Shown piece after piece: positions 13,101 to 24,964 of a stretch of DNA of 64,000 bases (the stretch's first letter is position 1; each line of letters starts with the position of its first letter). The DNA comes from Laetmonice hystrix (Eukaryota): assembly GCA_965235115.1 (NCBI GenBank), contig OZ249446.1, positions 21,266,001 to 21,330,000 of the forward strand. The letters are read 5' to 3'. The notes beneath the pieces were generated by a model. That model saw only the letters and a program-made list of their open reading frames with translations, searched no databases and was not told the DNA's origin. The translations under genes were made by a program, and so were the position numbers.

Positions 13101-16100
13101 TGAACAGGTGTGATGCTAGCAAAATTAGTGTGTTTCTAATAGATTTATCTGTATAGATCGGGGTGTAATTAATTTATTTTTATATTAAGGTGTTGCACAC
13201 AGGAACAATCGCCTCACACAGCGTAAAATCGCAGAGGAGGGAACGATACCAATACTCGTACAGTTGATGGTGAAGTCACCTTCTGAGGAGATTCAGGTAA
13301 GTTCATGATTTGTTTCAAGGTTTATGGCACAGGACTGGTACAGGTCGGTCGTATGTCAACTGTACCCCCATCTAATGTAATGTAATGTTAGGCAAACTGT
13401 CTAAGTATGATAAACCTATCAATTTATGTTTCAGTCCAAAATGAACTTGAAATAAAGAAAAGTGACCTTTTCTGAGGGTTATATCTCGCCTTTTATTCTA
13501 GTGTTGAAGCATAATTGAGAGTTTTCTCAATTTGAAATGTGTCTGTTTTTGCCACCAGGTGGAGATAGCTTACACTCTGGGTTGTATTGTGCTTGGGCAT
13601 CCTGACAACCAGGAGAAGTTGTCTGACGAACCTGGATTTAAATTCAGCCTTCTCCTAGACCTTTTGGAATCTCACGATGAGGTTAGTAGGGTCAAACCCC
13701 TTCAAGGACATTTTTTGGTACTTAAGTACTATACCCACTATTTCAGTGATGGCGACTCGGTGATATATGTACGTGCTGTGCATCCCGTTTACATTGGTGA
13801 TGTGGAATTAAATTCAAGTCGATTGTCTCCATTTTTCTTTCCAGCAAATTCGGTTGAAAGCAGGATTCGCTCTAACCATTTTCGCCTTCAACAACACCTC
13901 ACAACAGTATGCTATCCGGGAGGCCGGGGGCGTGCGCTTTCAGTGTTTTGAAACATTCCTGGAGAGTGATGACAAATTCAGGAAATGCAACGCAGCATTT
14001 CAGGTAGATTATCTCTCTTCAAAATATTGGATGAATTGATAGGTATTTTTTGTAAGGATACACTCTCTAACCACACAAATAATATTGTCGATACAAGTAT
14101 AATTGTTATAATTTCTCTGTCATTTTGATGTCGCCCAGATCGTAGTCCTGGCCCGGGTCATCGTCGACAGGGACCAGGTTTACCTGACGGCAGATGGCGT
14201 CACCAAACTTACCAGTGTCCTCGAGTCGGAGGACGACAACGCCGTCATTCTTGCAGGTACAAATCTTGTTACTGTAATCATCACTGACTGAAATATAGTT
14301 GTCGAGGCACAGCATGTAGATTTCTGGCACGTTTCTATCATGTGCAACCCAAGTGACATGAAATGTGCAACTCATAAAAAAAAAGTATTTTCTCAATTAG
14401 GATCAGATTTTCCATATACATGTACATATATCTTATTCCTTGCTTATTGAGACTCACCAGCTAACATATAACAAGTATTGTTTCCATAACATTCAGTCTA
14501 CGTATCCTCAGCATATTTCTTGAAGTTAATCAACATTGACCTTGAATGTAACAAATTTCTGTGACTACGATTGGTTACTTTCAGCCAGTTTGATGTCCAG
14601 TCTTGCCCATACCCGGGCAGGGATACCCGACGCCATGATGACTGTCGGGGCAATAGAATTGCTCATTTACAAGCTCTACTCTGAAAACGAGCAAGTCCGG
14701 TTTGCGTGTGCCACAGCACTTGGGTATCTGACTTTTAACCGTGTGTCGGCACGGAAGTTGTTGGTGCAGTGCCGAAACACACCGGGACTCTATGATCAAA
14801 TGATCGACAACATTGGAAAAAATCCAAAAATCTGTAAAGACTTTACTGAGGAGTTCAGGACGGCTAAGCTTGTAGGACTGCCTTGTTTGAGGTAACTATT
14901 TATATTTTTGGCACCGTAAAAAAAGTCCAATAATGTTGATTATTTCTCATATTTGGTGATTTATGTTTACCTTTTTTTTAATAACGAACTATTGTTATTT
15001 AACAAGTAAAATGGATTCATGACAGTACATGTATATATTATACACACTTTACAAGTTTTTGAATTTTAAGATTTTTGTATGATTTTCAGCCTTGAAATTA
15101 ACGGTGGTCCTCCAGTCATACCGGCCAAAAAGAAAGGTTTGTGGAAATGTTATAATTTCTTCTTGCTGGCTGGTTATGTTAAAGTAAGAAAGTATATTAA
15201 CACTGAACAACATCTGTTTTATACCATCATGGAAGTATGTGTCAGTTACCATATGTCGGTTAAACTAAAAAAATGTCCAGTTTCCTCATTTTTACAGCTC
15301 CCTTTTAATTCTATTCCATCTATACTCAACTTACTTGTCATAAGGAATCCTAAGATCCCAAGATGTCCTAAAAGTTCCTCAGTTAGTCTGAACATATCAT
15401 TCAAGCTTGAGTGTATACTGCCTTTATTTTACAGTCCATCTTCGATTTTTGCGTATGTATCCTGTTCGGATGATCAACTTTTTCATACTTTTTATTATAC
15501 GTACCCGTAGATCAATCACTCAGGAAAATCACAACCCCAGATCAGCCTTTTATCAAAGAAATTCTATGCTATTTTCCAGTGGCTTTACCTATCCCGATAT
15601 GCAAGTTTTTTTGTTTTTTTTTGGGGGGGGGGGTGAATTTTATTTAATAATTAAGAAGCATATTTAATACAGTTTTTTTTACATGTTTAAAGTCACGGTT
15701 AAGAAACGCTGCATCACTACAGTTCCTTAGAGTAGCGAAGCACTCCTTGAATAATTTTTGCTGATTTGGATTAATGAAATTATGGTACCAATATAATGTA
15801 CCCAGGACATTATATTTAACTTTCTGCCAACTGTACCTACAATGTGTGTACATGCCCCATACTCCACACTACAGGCTTAGATACCTTAGCCTCCATCCAA
15901 ATCACCATGGTCTATTGTATTGTTCAGGTTTTCTGTTATACATGTAGTTTGAAGTAATATGAATCAGTATAGCCAATACTACTAAAGTTTCCGTGAAATC
16001 CTGTAAATGTTAGTAGAATTTCTTGATGAACTCACAAGGACAATTTGTTGTGTATGAAAGTGGAAAGATAATCTACTTTAACATATGTACACATGGAAAT

Positions 16101-16531
16101 GACATTATTCAACAGTATTGATGGATTTTAAATGTTTGATGTGGTGTGAAGATTTAAGCTTTCTCATGCAGCCTCACTTAATTAGAATATTTTTTTCTTT
16201 CTCGTGTGTTATTTCAGGCCAGAGACCAAAGACAACACAGAGTTACCGAGAGAGAATGAACAAAGAAAACGACTTTGTAGAACGGTCCATCTCTGCCCCG
16301 GCCACCTTTCAGACTCAGAGAGCTCGGTCGGCCGGTCCGTCAAGGTCACACAGTGCTACACGGACTCCCGACTCGCCGCCGTTCAGAAAACCAATGAAAA
16401 TCGAGGATGAGAAGCTGTTACCAAGGCGAGCAGCGACACCTAGTGGTTGTATAAGGTCAAAGGTCAATGCCTGGGAGTCAAAGTCAGGGTCGTTGTCAAG
16501 GCGACCCTACAGTGGTGCTAACAAGTCATAG
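1104..16531 (+). CDS. ANKAR: Ankyrin and armadillo repeat-containing protein, 3' portion (5' exons lie upstream of the window)
   Basis: 18 phase-consistent GT-AG exons: 1104-1287, 1490-1712, 4294-4495, 4750-4958, 5059-5163, 5923-6185, 6458-6608, 6770-6863, 8059-8209, 11464-11617, 12637-12798, 13190-13296, 13559-13681, 13845-14003, 14139-14256, 14585-14891, 15090-15136, 16218-16531 (TAG). Ankyrin repeats (GPTPLHLAA, STPLLLAASSG) are followed by ARM repeats. DVKEQGACALWSLAG, SLAHTRAGIPDA and GLPCLSLEINGGP match vertebrate ANKAR as I recall it. Confidence 0.93.
3026..3397. mobile_element. hAT-like MITE with 6-bp TSD
   Basis: TIR CAGGGCTTGTCCTTTAA; TSD AGCATG at 3020-3025 and 3398-3403. Confidence 0.9.
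7345..8062. repeat. 28-bp minisatellite running into an ANKAR splice acceptor
   Basis: Unit gagattttgttgtttgagaccaatcatt. The last copy (ttgttgtttCAG|acca) is the real acceptor at 8058. Confidence 0.95.
9799..10107. mobile_element. PIF/Harbinger-like MITE (TAA TSD)
   Basis: Imperfect TIR ggc(c)t(t)a.aaaaag(a)gta.tatgtttagtgt, with TAA on both sides. Confidence 0.7.
10260..10681. mobile_element. Non-autonomous DNA transposon (Harbinger-like or TTAA-type MITE)
   Basis: Imperfect TIR gcccgccgcaca / tgtacggcaggc, flanked by TTAA on both sides; interior rich in cgac/ccga. Confidence 0.7.
10717..11062. repeat. 44-bp minisatellite in an ANKAR intron
   Basis: Unit gataatggtcacccagggatcatggtttgaagatattttgttgt, about 7-8 copies. 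Confidence 0.95.
11715..12661. repeat. 42-bp minisatellite made of an ANKAR 3' splice site plus exon start
   Basis: Unit atctatgtttgcag|gttgtttgggtatgactggactgggatg, about 20 copies (some 40 bp). The last copy supplies the acceptor at 12636 and the first ~25 coding nt. Confidence 0.95.
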
Positions 16532-17240
16532 TAGAGATGATAAGAGAGAGCTAGGGATAGAAGATGACTCTGAATTATGGAGAGAGATCAGAGAGAGCCA
16601 GTCACACCAAATAAAGGTATCTCTCGTGGAGCTTAAGTGAGAAGTCAAGAACATAATAGTTGCCTGTCATGGTCCATTATTGCCAAGGATGTATCTGAAG
16701 ATATGACTTGTATTATATCTTGGTTATAACTTGAGACAATGCCGAAATGAACAAATTTTGGTTCAGCATTGGGATACTCGTTCTAGTCTTTTTCTGTAAA
16801 TTAAAAAACATATTTCCACAAGCTGCTGAGTAAAATCCCCCCCCCCCCCCACCTCCCCAGTATACTATGTATTGATGTATTGGGCAGCTAGAAGCTCACC
16901 CTCTCTTTTTGTGTATGCTGTTTGTCTTTAAACATTACGGTACTGTAAAAATATCCATTTTAATTTTAATAGCAGCAATGCACATTATGATCTGTCTAGG
17001 ATTAAGAATATTTCCCTGTGAAAATAAAGATTGTAAAGATAATGTATACGTGTATTCTAGTTCAAAGTGTCTTCTATGTGAATTATGTGAATGTGATTTG
17101 TACGTGGTTTGTGATGGCGATTCTTGGTAGCACCATCCAGACAACTGATAGGTGCTCTGTGTCATCAGGTTTAGGCTTCACACATTGTATGATGTACTTT
17201 AGTACTCCAGTACAAAATTATGTAAGATTCCTTCTTATTT

Positions 17241-17411
17241 TAAGTCCTGAGAGCACCCTTTTAGCAATTTCAAGATCATTTTCTGTGTCTTCCATCACGC
17301 CCGTAGCATGTCCCAGCTTCTTACAAAGTCTTTTCTGAATCATGTGCAATAATTTTCAATAATTCAGACCCCATGATGGCATCTTTGTTGGTTGACATCC
17401 TTCCCATGACA
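17241..17411 (-). pseudogene. Inverted, decayed partial copy of SNAP47 coding exon (source ~19423-19616)
   Basis: The reverse complement aligns to SNAP47 (gggaaggatgtcaaccaacaaagatg...catgattcagaaaagactttg...aaagggtgctctcaggactt). It carries an ~8-nt insertion, a CAA>TAA stop and a ~32-nt deletion at ggac microhomology. Confidence 0.9.
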
Positions 17412-18014
17412 TGGGGTTTAAAGAAAAACAAATCGTGCATGGTGGGTTTCAATGCCGGAGTGTCTGAAACCTTCTCTAGGAGTCTAGAACTGTAGCTGTA
17501 GATGAATTTCAGGTCAGTAAATCGTTCGGTGACATGCACACTTGATCACCAAATCATTTTTCTGTGTGAATCCAGAGACCACAATTGGCGGATATTGCAG
17601 GACAGCGCGAGGTCGAGACGGTATTCTGTAGCTGTTGTAACTCAAAATAACGTTAAATTATAATTTATGCCTTGTAACTTTTATCAGGGCAAAATTTAAC
17701 TTTTAGCAGCGTCAGAAGTTTACTGATTTTGATGGAGGCCACTGGAGGGGGGGGGGGGTACAGACACGGTCTAAATCAGTAAGATTTACTTGCCTTTTTG
17801 AAGGTAATAAAATAAAAACTTACAAACTTTGAGGACATGCATAGAGGAGGTCTACATATTTTCTTATTTGTTGGAAACGGAGTTTTTTTTTTTTGCGGTT
17901 TTTGAGATTCTTGGTAAATAAGTCTGCCCCCCGGCCCCTCAAGCGTTGATCAATGTGGCCGTGGCCGCCAGTCGCGAAGCCGAAGGGTGCGGGAACAAGT
18001 TTCGTAAACACGAG

Positions 18015-18054
18015 CACGTGGTTAGAATGACGTCATTTGACCCGGAAGTAAACA
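18015..18054 (+). promoter_or_regulatory. Putative SNAP47 core promoter (E-box, CRE, ETS)
   Basis: CACGTG 18015-18020, TGACGTCA 18028-18035 and CCGGAAGT 18042-18049 are clustered in a CpG-rich patch about 140 bp upstream of a strong splice donor (18185). Confidence 0.6.
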
Positions 18055-18318
18055 AACCCAGGTGTGACCGATGATGTGTGGTATGACTTTACGACTGGTT
18101 GCCTCCGTTTAAAGTCGATTTCGCAGTAGTTTTGACATTTTAAATGTACGCTGGAAATACAACCGTCGCCTGATGACTTAAGATGTAAGTTTATTTATGT
18201 GAGTAAGAGGCAGCTACGGCTACGCTCTGTGTGAGTTATAGTTGGGGTGATGATGAGCGATAATGGGGGGAATCTTCCACAATGAATGTGTTTATTATGT
18301 ACCGTACACTTAGCCTAA

Positions 18319-18515
18319 AGCCGCTTTCACATGCGTACGGTGTGCGGCGTGCGGCATGCGGCGTGCGTTTTTGTTAATAATGTAGCCAATGTAAATCGCC
18401 GCACGCCGCAAACCGGAGACATGTGAACGGTTATATCTATTTTCAGTTGTTCCATTTTTGCAAAAACGCACGCCGCACACCGCACACCGCAAACCGTGTG
18501 CATGTGAAAGCGGCT
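18319..18515. mobile_element. Harbinger-like MITE in SNAP47 intron 1
   Basis: TIR AGCCGCTTTCACATGC / GCATGTGAAAGCGGCT within a palindromic flank TAGCCTAA...TTAGGCTA. Confidence 0.85.
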
Positions 18516-19063
18516 TTAGGCTACAATCTAGTAAAACTCAAAACCTGGGCTGTATCGATTTATTGAGATGCTGAGGCGATGTTTAGATAGTAGTTTAGAT
18601 AGTAGATCTTAGTTTGACTAATTACCGAATCTAAACATATTGCTTGGGTACTTAGGCGGTCAACCTTCATGGTTCAACAAGTTACAAGTTCAAGCCTAGG
18701 CCAGGGCTAGGGTTAATTTCTATGTTTGTATCAAATTGCATGGGCGTTTGTTAATTAGGTGTTTAGCCTGCATTATCCAATGCAATTATCTGAATAGAAT
18801 TGATTTTTGGGGCTGGTCGAGAGCAAGTCAAATGGTGTAAATCTAGTACCCATAGTGGGAGAGCGGGAGATAGCTGTGATATTTACGGGAGTCTCCCGCA
18901 CGTTGCGGGAGAGTTGGCAGGCTTGGACAAAATATACCAGTGATTAAACAGAATTTTGTGTTGTACAAGGCCATTGTAACAGGAATGATGGAAAGCTACA
19001 TTGTTTTGTATATTTTTTTCACACAGACCAGCTTTTGTCTCGGCTTCCTGTGTTGACAAAGTG

Positions 19064-20947
19064 ATGTCAGTGCAGCGGTTTCCTGTCCGTCAATGGGCCA
19101 CCTCGTACTATCTGCCTGAACGGAAGAAATGGATGACGAGGCACTGGGCCTACGGGAATCTGTCCGTAAACGCCAAGGGAATCACCTTTATGGCCGTACC
19201 ATCAGGAAAATATCTTTCAATCAAGGAATCAATTTGCCTTGACTTACCATTCAAAGAAGTAACTGAAATCAAGAAATCAACGTCAGCGTTAATATTTAGT
19301 GCCCTGGTGGTAGTCACAAAGCAAGGATCTCATTGGTTCTCTTCATTGACCAATAGAGATGCAACATACAATGTCATTGAGCATTTTTGGCGGACGCGCC
19401 TCATTCCTGAGAAGTCGCGTCTGTCGTGGGAAGGATGTCAACCAACAAAGATGGGGTCTGAATTACTGAAACTTGCACATGATTCAGAAAAGACTTTGCA
19501 AGAAGCTGGGACACAGTTAAAGTCGCAAGGCGTCCAGTTGGACCATGCTATGGGCGTGATGGGAGACATAGACAATGATCTTGAAGTTGCAGAAAGGGTG
19601 CTCTCAGGACTTGAAAGTTGGCTTGGCAATTGGAAAATGCCCCCAAAAATGTATACTAGTGGAGATATTGAAATTATAAGTTCGAGTAACGTTCCAACTG
19701 TGTATGATTTTCCTATGGTTTTCAGTCAGCAAATTAGTGATCAAAGAAACAGTTCAAAGGTCCAGCCTCTAGAAAAGGGGATATTAAGACTATCCAAGGA
19801 AGGGGTCAGCATTTTGAATTCTGGCCAACTATGTGTGCATCATTTTTCCAAGCGAGATATTTCTGCCGTTCAAGTTTTGACGCCGTGGGAATTAGTCATT
19901 ACACGTTACCTGATTGGTCAGCCAGACATTAGTTATGATGTGGTTTCCACACACATGGTGCAGATCCTTAAGGCCCTGGAACCAGTATATAGAGCTAAAA
20001 TTAACTACACTGAACCACCAGAGGACCTTAGGGAAGAATCGTCCCCGTCAAGCAGAACAAGCCTAACAAGTAAGGATGACTATAATATTACATTAATTTT
20101 TTTAAAAGCTGAAATAACCGATACTACTTTGAAAAGATTTAAAAGAAAAGAAATCAGAATTACAAGTAGAAAAAGATTACTGACCTACTAAACCCTTTTG
20201 GCCGGTTGCAAGGACATAGTTAGTCTCAAGACTAACCCAATCTGTGGATTTACGCATATTTTCAAATCCCAGAAAGTCAGAATTTTCTAGCATTTTCTCA
20301 TTTTTGGAGACTGGCCCTTATTTCGCTGGCCAAGCACAAAAGAATTCCATTAAACAGGACTACCAAACGTCCCCAACCTTAAATCTAGGCTAGATAGTAA
20401 GTTAAGCCATTGTTGGGATTAACTTCACAAAATGTTCTTGCAACCGGCCACATGGGTTTAGTAGGTCATGTCAAATTCACACTAGGTGGCAGCACTTTCT
20501 AAGCTTTACTAGGTTTGGTACTCATGGCCATTTAGTATGTTAAAATACTGTTCAGAAGTCCTTTAGTCAGTGCATTTTAAAGCTAGTGTGACTCTTTCAG
20601 GTGAAAGCAGCAAGTCAACCCCAGTTGAATCTATAGCGATTCAGCCACTCTGCATAGGAAAGGCCCTTCGCGTGGACCAATCAACTGCCCCGTCAATGTC
20701 ACATGGTCTGCTCGATCAGCCAATGGGAGCAAAGCAGGTGCAGAAGGACAGCCAATCAACAAAGATTGTGACTGAAACTGAGGCTGAAGAGCTCGTTACC
20801 ATGGTAGCCAGAATGAAGGACATGGCTTTAGACATTCAGTCGGAGCAAGATTCCCAGATGGAGAAGATCGACTCACTGACCAGTACTGTAGAGTTGACTA
20901 CTGACCAGTTGAAGGTTGATACCCGCAGGATGAAGCGCCTCCTTTAG
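19064..20947 (+). CDS. SNAP47: Synaptosomal-associated protein 47 (PH-like domain plus two SNARE motifs), ~450 aa
   Basis: Coding exons 19064-20069 and 20601-20947, joined by a phase-1 GT-AG intron. SNARE motif 1 is GSELLKLAHDSEKTLQEAG...QLDHAM...DNDLEVAERVLSGLES; SNARE motif 2 is at the C-terminus (...MALDIQSEQDSQMEKIDSL...RRMKRLL). A probable non-coding exon 1 ends at the donor 18184|GTAAGT. Confidence 0.88.
20181..20468. mobile_element. MITE in the SNAP47 coding intron
   Basis: ~33-bp TIR tgacctactaaaccc...tggccggttgcaag; TSD not resolved. Confidence 0.7.
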
Positions 20948-21040
20948 AACACAACTATATACGATGCAGCCCCCTCACACACAATAATTCTTTTTCCCAA
21001 AGGTTACATTTTGGTAACTGTGTGTTGACTTTTTCCCCTG

Positions 21041-21190
21041 GGGCCTGTTTTACTAAAGGACCTTATTTAAGGACGTCGCTAATTTAACATAGAAGTGAAT
21101 GGTTGCTAGGTCGTTATTTTCGACCTAGCAACCCATTCACTTCTATGTTAAATTAGCGACGTCCTTAAATAAGGACCTTTAGTAGGAGTC
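21041..21190. mobile_element. Palindromic MITE in the SNAP47 3' UTR
   Basis: Hairpin tactaaaggaccttatttaaggacgtcgctaatttaacatagaagtgaatgg...cctttagta; the right terminus is decayed. Confidence 0.8.
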
Positions 21191-22895
21191 CTAAATCTGA
21201 AAGAATTCTTTGCACATGAAGATCTTGACTGTGAATAAATACGGTATTGATAATAAGAACTTTATCAAGGCCACTTTATTTTTTATAACTTATACCGTAA
21301 TTGTGTGCTTTGTATTCATATCGACCTTGTGATCTGAAAAGTTTTACATTCTCATCTGTATATCCTTTGAGAAGATTGGAAAAATCTGGACGGTATACAG
21401 ATACTTTATAATTACATTCTTCGATCAGATTTCGTGAGCCTAGGTGCCTTGTTTGGTGCCTTGTAGGTCCATCCCCAAAGGTATATATTATGTGTTTGGT
21501 TACAATAATTATTATTGTTAGTTTATTATACTTTTAGTCCTTAATGTTGGATCACCATACATGTATTTGTTGTTGTATTGGGTGTCTCCAACAGTATTCA
21601 TGTGATATTGTGTTTGCCTATTATTCAAAGTCTCTATCAGTAGACATGTTGTAGTACTGAAACAAATGACAAATAGTTACATACCATACTTGCTGTCGAA
21701 AGTTTGGCGATTGGAGAGTACGAAAACGAGTGATCAGAGCTGTGTACATGGTAGTCACTTTCATGGTTTTGTTTTATGGTACTGGTTTGCCGTAAATAAG
21801 TAGGCCTACCACCAGTAGTCTGCTGAAATCGAGATGTCGCAATTATTACATGTTCTAATGCCCCATTCGCTGCTTATCTACGCTAAATGTTAACCTGGCT
21901 AGTCATATAATATCTGTGCTGTTGATTTTAGATGAATTAATATTGGTCAACCAAAATTATGGAACCATCAATGACCATGTCATTTATCATGTAAAACGTT
22001 TGTCCTGGACAAGAACATGGCTTTTTTATTACTTTTTCAATTGTTATAGTAAAATTCCATGTTTTTTTCAAGTCTCAGGATCCCATGGAGGTTCCATAGG
22101 TTTTTTTTAGAGAACGAAAACATTGAAAATTTTGCTGAATTTCCTGTGAGCTGCTCCAGCATTTCCAAGCTGGATTTTTATGAATCTGTAATTCCATGAA
22201 TTTCAATGTTCCCATGACATATATAATCATTATGTAGAAGTTCCACTGAAAGGTTTGCACCACCTTTGTATATACATGTATACCTAGTCATAGTCCTAAA
22301 ATGATATGTCTTTACAACCGTTTCTATGATTTGTGAATCCAGAATCCTTTGTACACTTTCTTACAATTATATATTATTTGATTACAACTTTAGTACTACT
22401 AGTTTAAAAAGATGCAATCTTTACAGACCAAAATGCTTTAAACAAATTTATTTTATTTATGTAAAATACAAAAATGTACAGCGTTTTTTAATTAAACAGC
22501 ATTGTTAAACGGAAAATCTAGACAAGTTTTTAAAGTTACACGAACTAGATTCGATCACCAGTTTTAACGTGTCTTGTTATGGTCTATTTGATTTAAGAAT
22601 AAAATTTTTGAACAATGTTTTAAAGTGAAAACTTGTAAGGGTGTTAGGTCTTTTTATGATCTTCCTTGCCTTTTTGTAAGATAGTGCAGTACCTGGTCCA
22701 TGATAAAAGCGCTTGGCACCTTAAAATCTCCCAGCAATCCCCCCCCCCCCCCCAAAAAAAAAAAATAAATAAATTAATTAAAAAAAAAAAAAAAACCTGT
22801 TTTGATTCTTGTGGCTTCTCATAGACAAAGTTTACGCCTGTGTGGCACGTGTTTCCGTATAGTTCCCCCAAGATCCACTAGAGGTCTCTGAGCTA

Positions 22896-23056
22896 CCGGA
22901 AGTTTACAATGCCAATGGCCACTCCCTTGGCGATGATTCAAACAGTCAGAAGAAGCGAGTTGTGTTCGAAAACACTCATCTCAACTCGTGACAGCAGATA
23001 ATCAACACGTCAAGGGCACAGAGACTGTAAATTTGGCACGCTAGTTTACGATCAGG
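22896..23056 (+). promoter_or_regulatory. Putative promoter and non-coding first exon of the EF-hand/kelch gene
   Basis: ETS motif CCGGAAGT 22896-22903, followed by a segment ending at a CAG|GTAGGT donor near 23056. The next acceptor (TTTTTCAG, 24872) opens the ATG-containing exon. Confidence 0.4.
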
Positions 23057-23782
23057 TAGGTTCGTACACGTTTTTTCTCAGAGTACAGCAATCAAAGTCT
23101 GGCCATTTCCCGCTAATGTCAAATCAAGTTTACTTTCTAACTTTGCCACTTTCTTTAGGTCTACCCAACGTACCCAACGAGGCCTAACGTACGTTAGACC
23201 TGCTAAATACTGTAGCGTTAGGCCTACACTATACAGTATACTACATTTTTTGTTATGATGTAGGCCTGTGCCGTGGCTATGTGTTGTGGGCCGTAATTAA
23301 GTACATGGATTAAATTAAAATAATTGTAATTAATGTATAGCCTATGCTATAGGCTATACATTACATTGTCACCCCCCCCCCCCCCCGGCCATGCCCCTTT
23401 GCTTTGCCTTTGGAAATTCCCCCAGGTGGTAATTACAAGTTCTCAGAGTGACTGTTGTGAATTGTATGTGATTGCTTTATTGCATTAATATTATTAGTCA
23501 TTAGTCCAGGAATTAACCTAGGCCATGTAATCAGGATTGACTACTTTCTAGTGGTAGTCAATCTGAATCAGGCCTGTCGAGTCACACACACTCCGCATAT
23601 GATACATGCATTTGACATCTTTCACACACGCCCCCCCCCCCCCCCCCCCCCAATCCCCCACCGTGGGAGGGACAACCACTCCCGCACGGTCCTCTCCGCC
23701 CAGCGCTATGACGCAGGTCAAATTTCTAGGCCATTTCAGCTGGTTACCTCCATGCTGACATTTCTTTCTACCTTGAACCAAG

Positions 23783-23928
23783 GGGCCGGTTTTACTAAAG
23801 AGTCGAAAATAACGACGTCGAAAATTTAACATAGAAGTGAATGGGTTGCTAGGTCGAAAATAACGACCTAGCAACCATTCATTTAAATTTTCGACATCGT
23901 TATTTTCGACTTTTAGTAAAACCGGCCC
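23783..23928. mobile_element. Palindromic Harbinger-like MITE (same family as 21041)
   Basis: TIR GGGCCGGTTTTACTAAA; shares the internal motif ttaacatagaagtgaatgg; flanks AAG/CAG. Confidence 0.85.
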
Positions 23929-24191
23929 CAGGGCTGTTGCACTTCTGCCCATGCCAACCACATTAAGAACGATGACGCAACAAGTCAAGTTGCATATATT
24001 TCAACTAACACGGATATATTCTGTGTTTAACTTAAATAAGTTGATCTCATCAGATTTTTAAATAAGACTAGGCTCATCATAAGACTAGACACAGTTGATC
24101 TCATCAGATTTTTACACTGTTAGGCTGGCTTAGCCCTAAGACTGGGATTTAAAAACTGGCCCCAAATGAATAATGCCTCAAGACAGATATT

Positions 24192-24349
24192 CAGGCCTCG
24201 AATTACAAGTTGAAAGGGGCACGGCAAAAACTGCCGTCGATACATAAGAATCAACGTCAGATTTTTCCAGGGCACGGCGGCAAATTTACGATACATGGAA
24301 AACACACAATGGCAAATGCCGTCGATGCCGTCGTGTAATGCGAGGCCTG
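24192..24349. mobile_element. hAT-like MITE with 6-bp TSD
   Basis: TIR CAGGCCTCG(A/C)ATTACA; TSD GATATT on both sides. Confidence 0.88.
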
Positions 24350-24595
24350 GATATTCATGCTGGTCGAGTCATAAAAATTGAAATCACCATTTTATCCCCA
24401 TTGAGGTTAAACTATAGAAATTTCTGTGGTTTTGCCACCCGACCCCGCAGGGACTCTGTCCCTATGCCTCGGTGATGTCCTGGAAGGCACCGGCCGGACC
24501 CCCTGCCTTATCACACACATTTTATATCTCCTGTCTTAAAGTTTGTTGGTTTACATTAATATGTGAATTAATCTAACAAGTAACCTGCTGTACTG

Positions 24596-24856
24596 GGGCC
24601 CGTCTTACTAAACATCGTTAACCCCGATCTGGTTAACTCCCCAATAACCCTAATAATCCCTAATAATCAGAAATCGTTAATAACTAGGGCTGGTTAAAAC
24701 CCGTCTTACTAAGGTCTAGTTTGTAGCGTAACGTATAGGGAACGGTCTGGTTAACTTAATGGTAGGGGAGGTTCAGGGGGTGCCGACCTACGTTGTCTGG
24801 TTGTCGCCTAGGCGACGGCCTACTTTACCAGCAGTTAACTATATCGTGGGGCCCTG
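24596..24856. mobile_element. Degenerate GGGCCC-ended MITE
   Basis: Left end CTG-gggcccgtcttactaaa resembles the 471 element; the right end ggggcc-CTG is only weakly matched. Confidence 0.45.
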
Positions 24857-24964
24857 GTGTTGTATTTTTCAGAAAAGGTCCCTCAACATTACCTGGAATG
24901 GGTCTGGCTTATTCAGCATGTCGCAGCATTCTGTCCATATGATTGGTAGAAAACATCTGTATTT

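Noticed and set aside
19001-19063. ORF-track start and end for SNAP47 (also 20070-20191)
   Set aside because: The start lies upstream of or at the acceptor (19026), and the tail runs past the donor at 20070; these parts are not coding.
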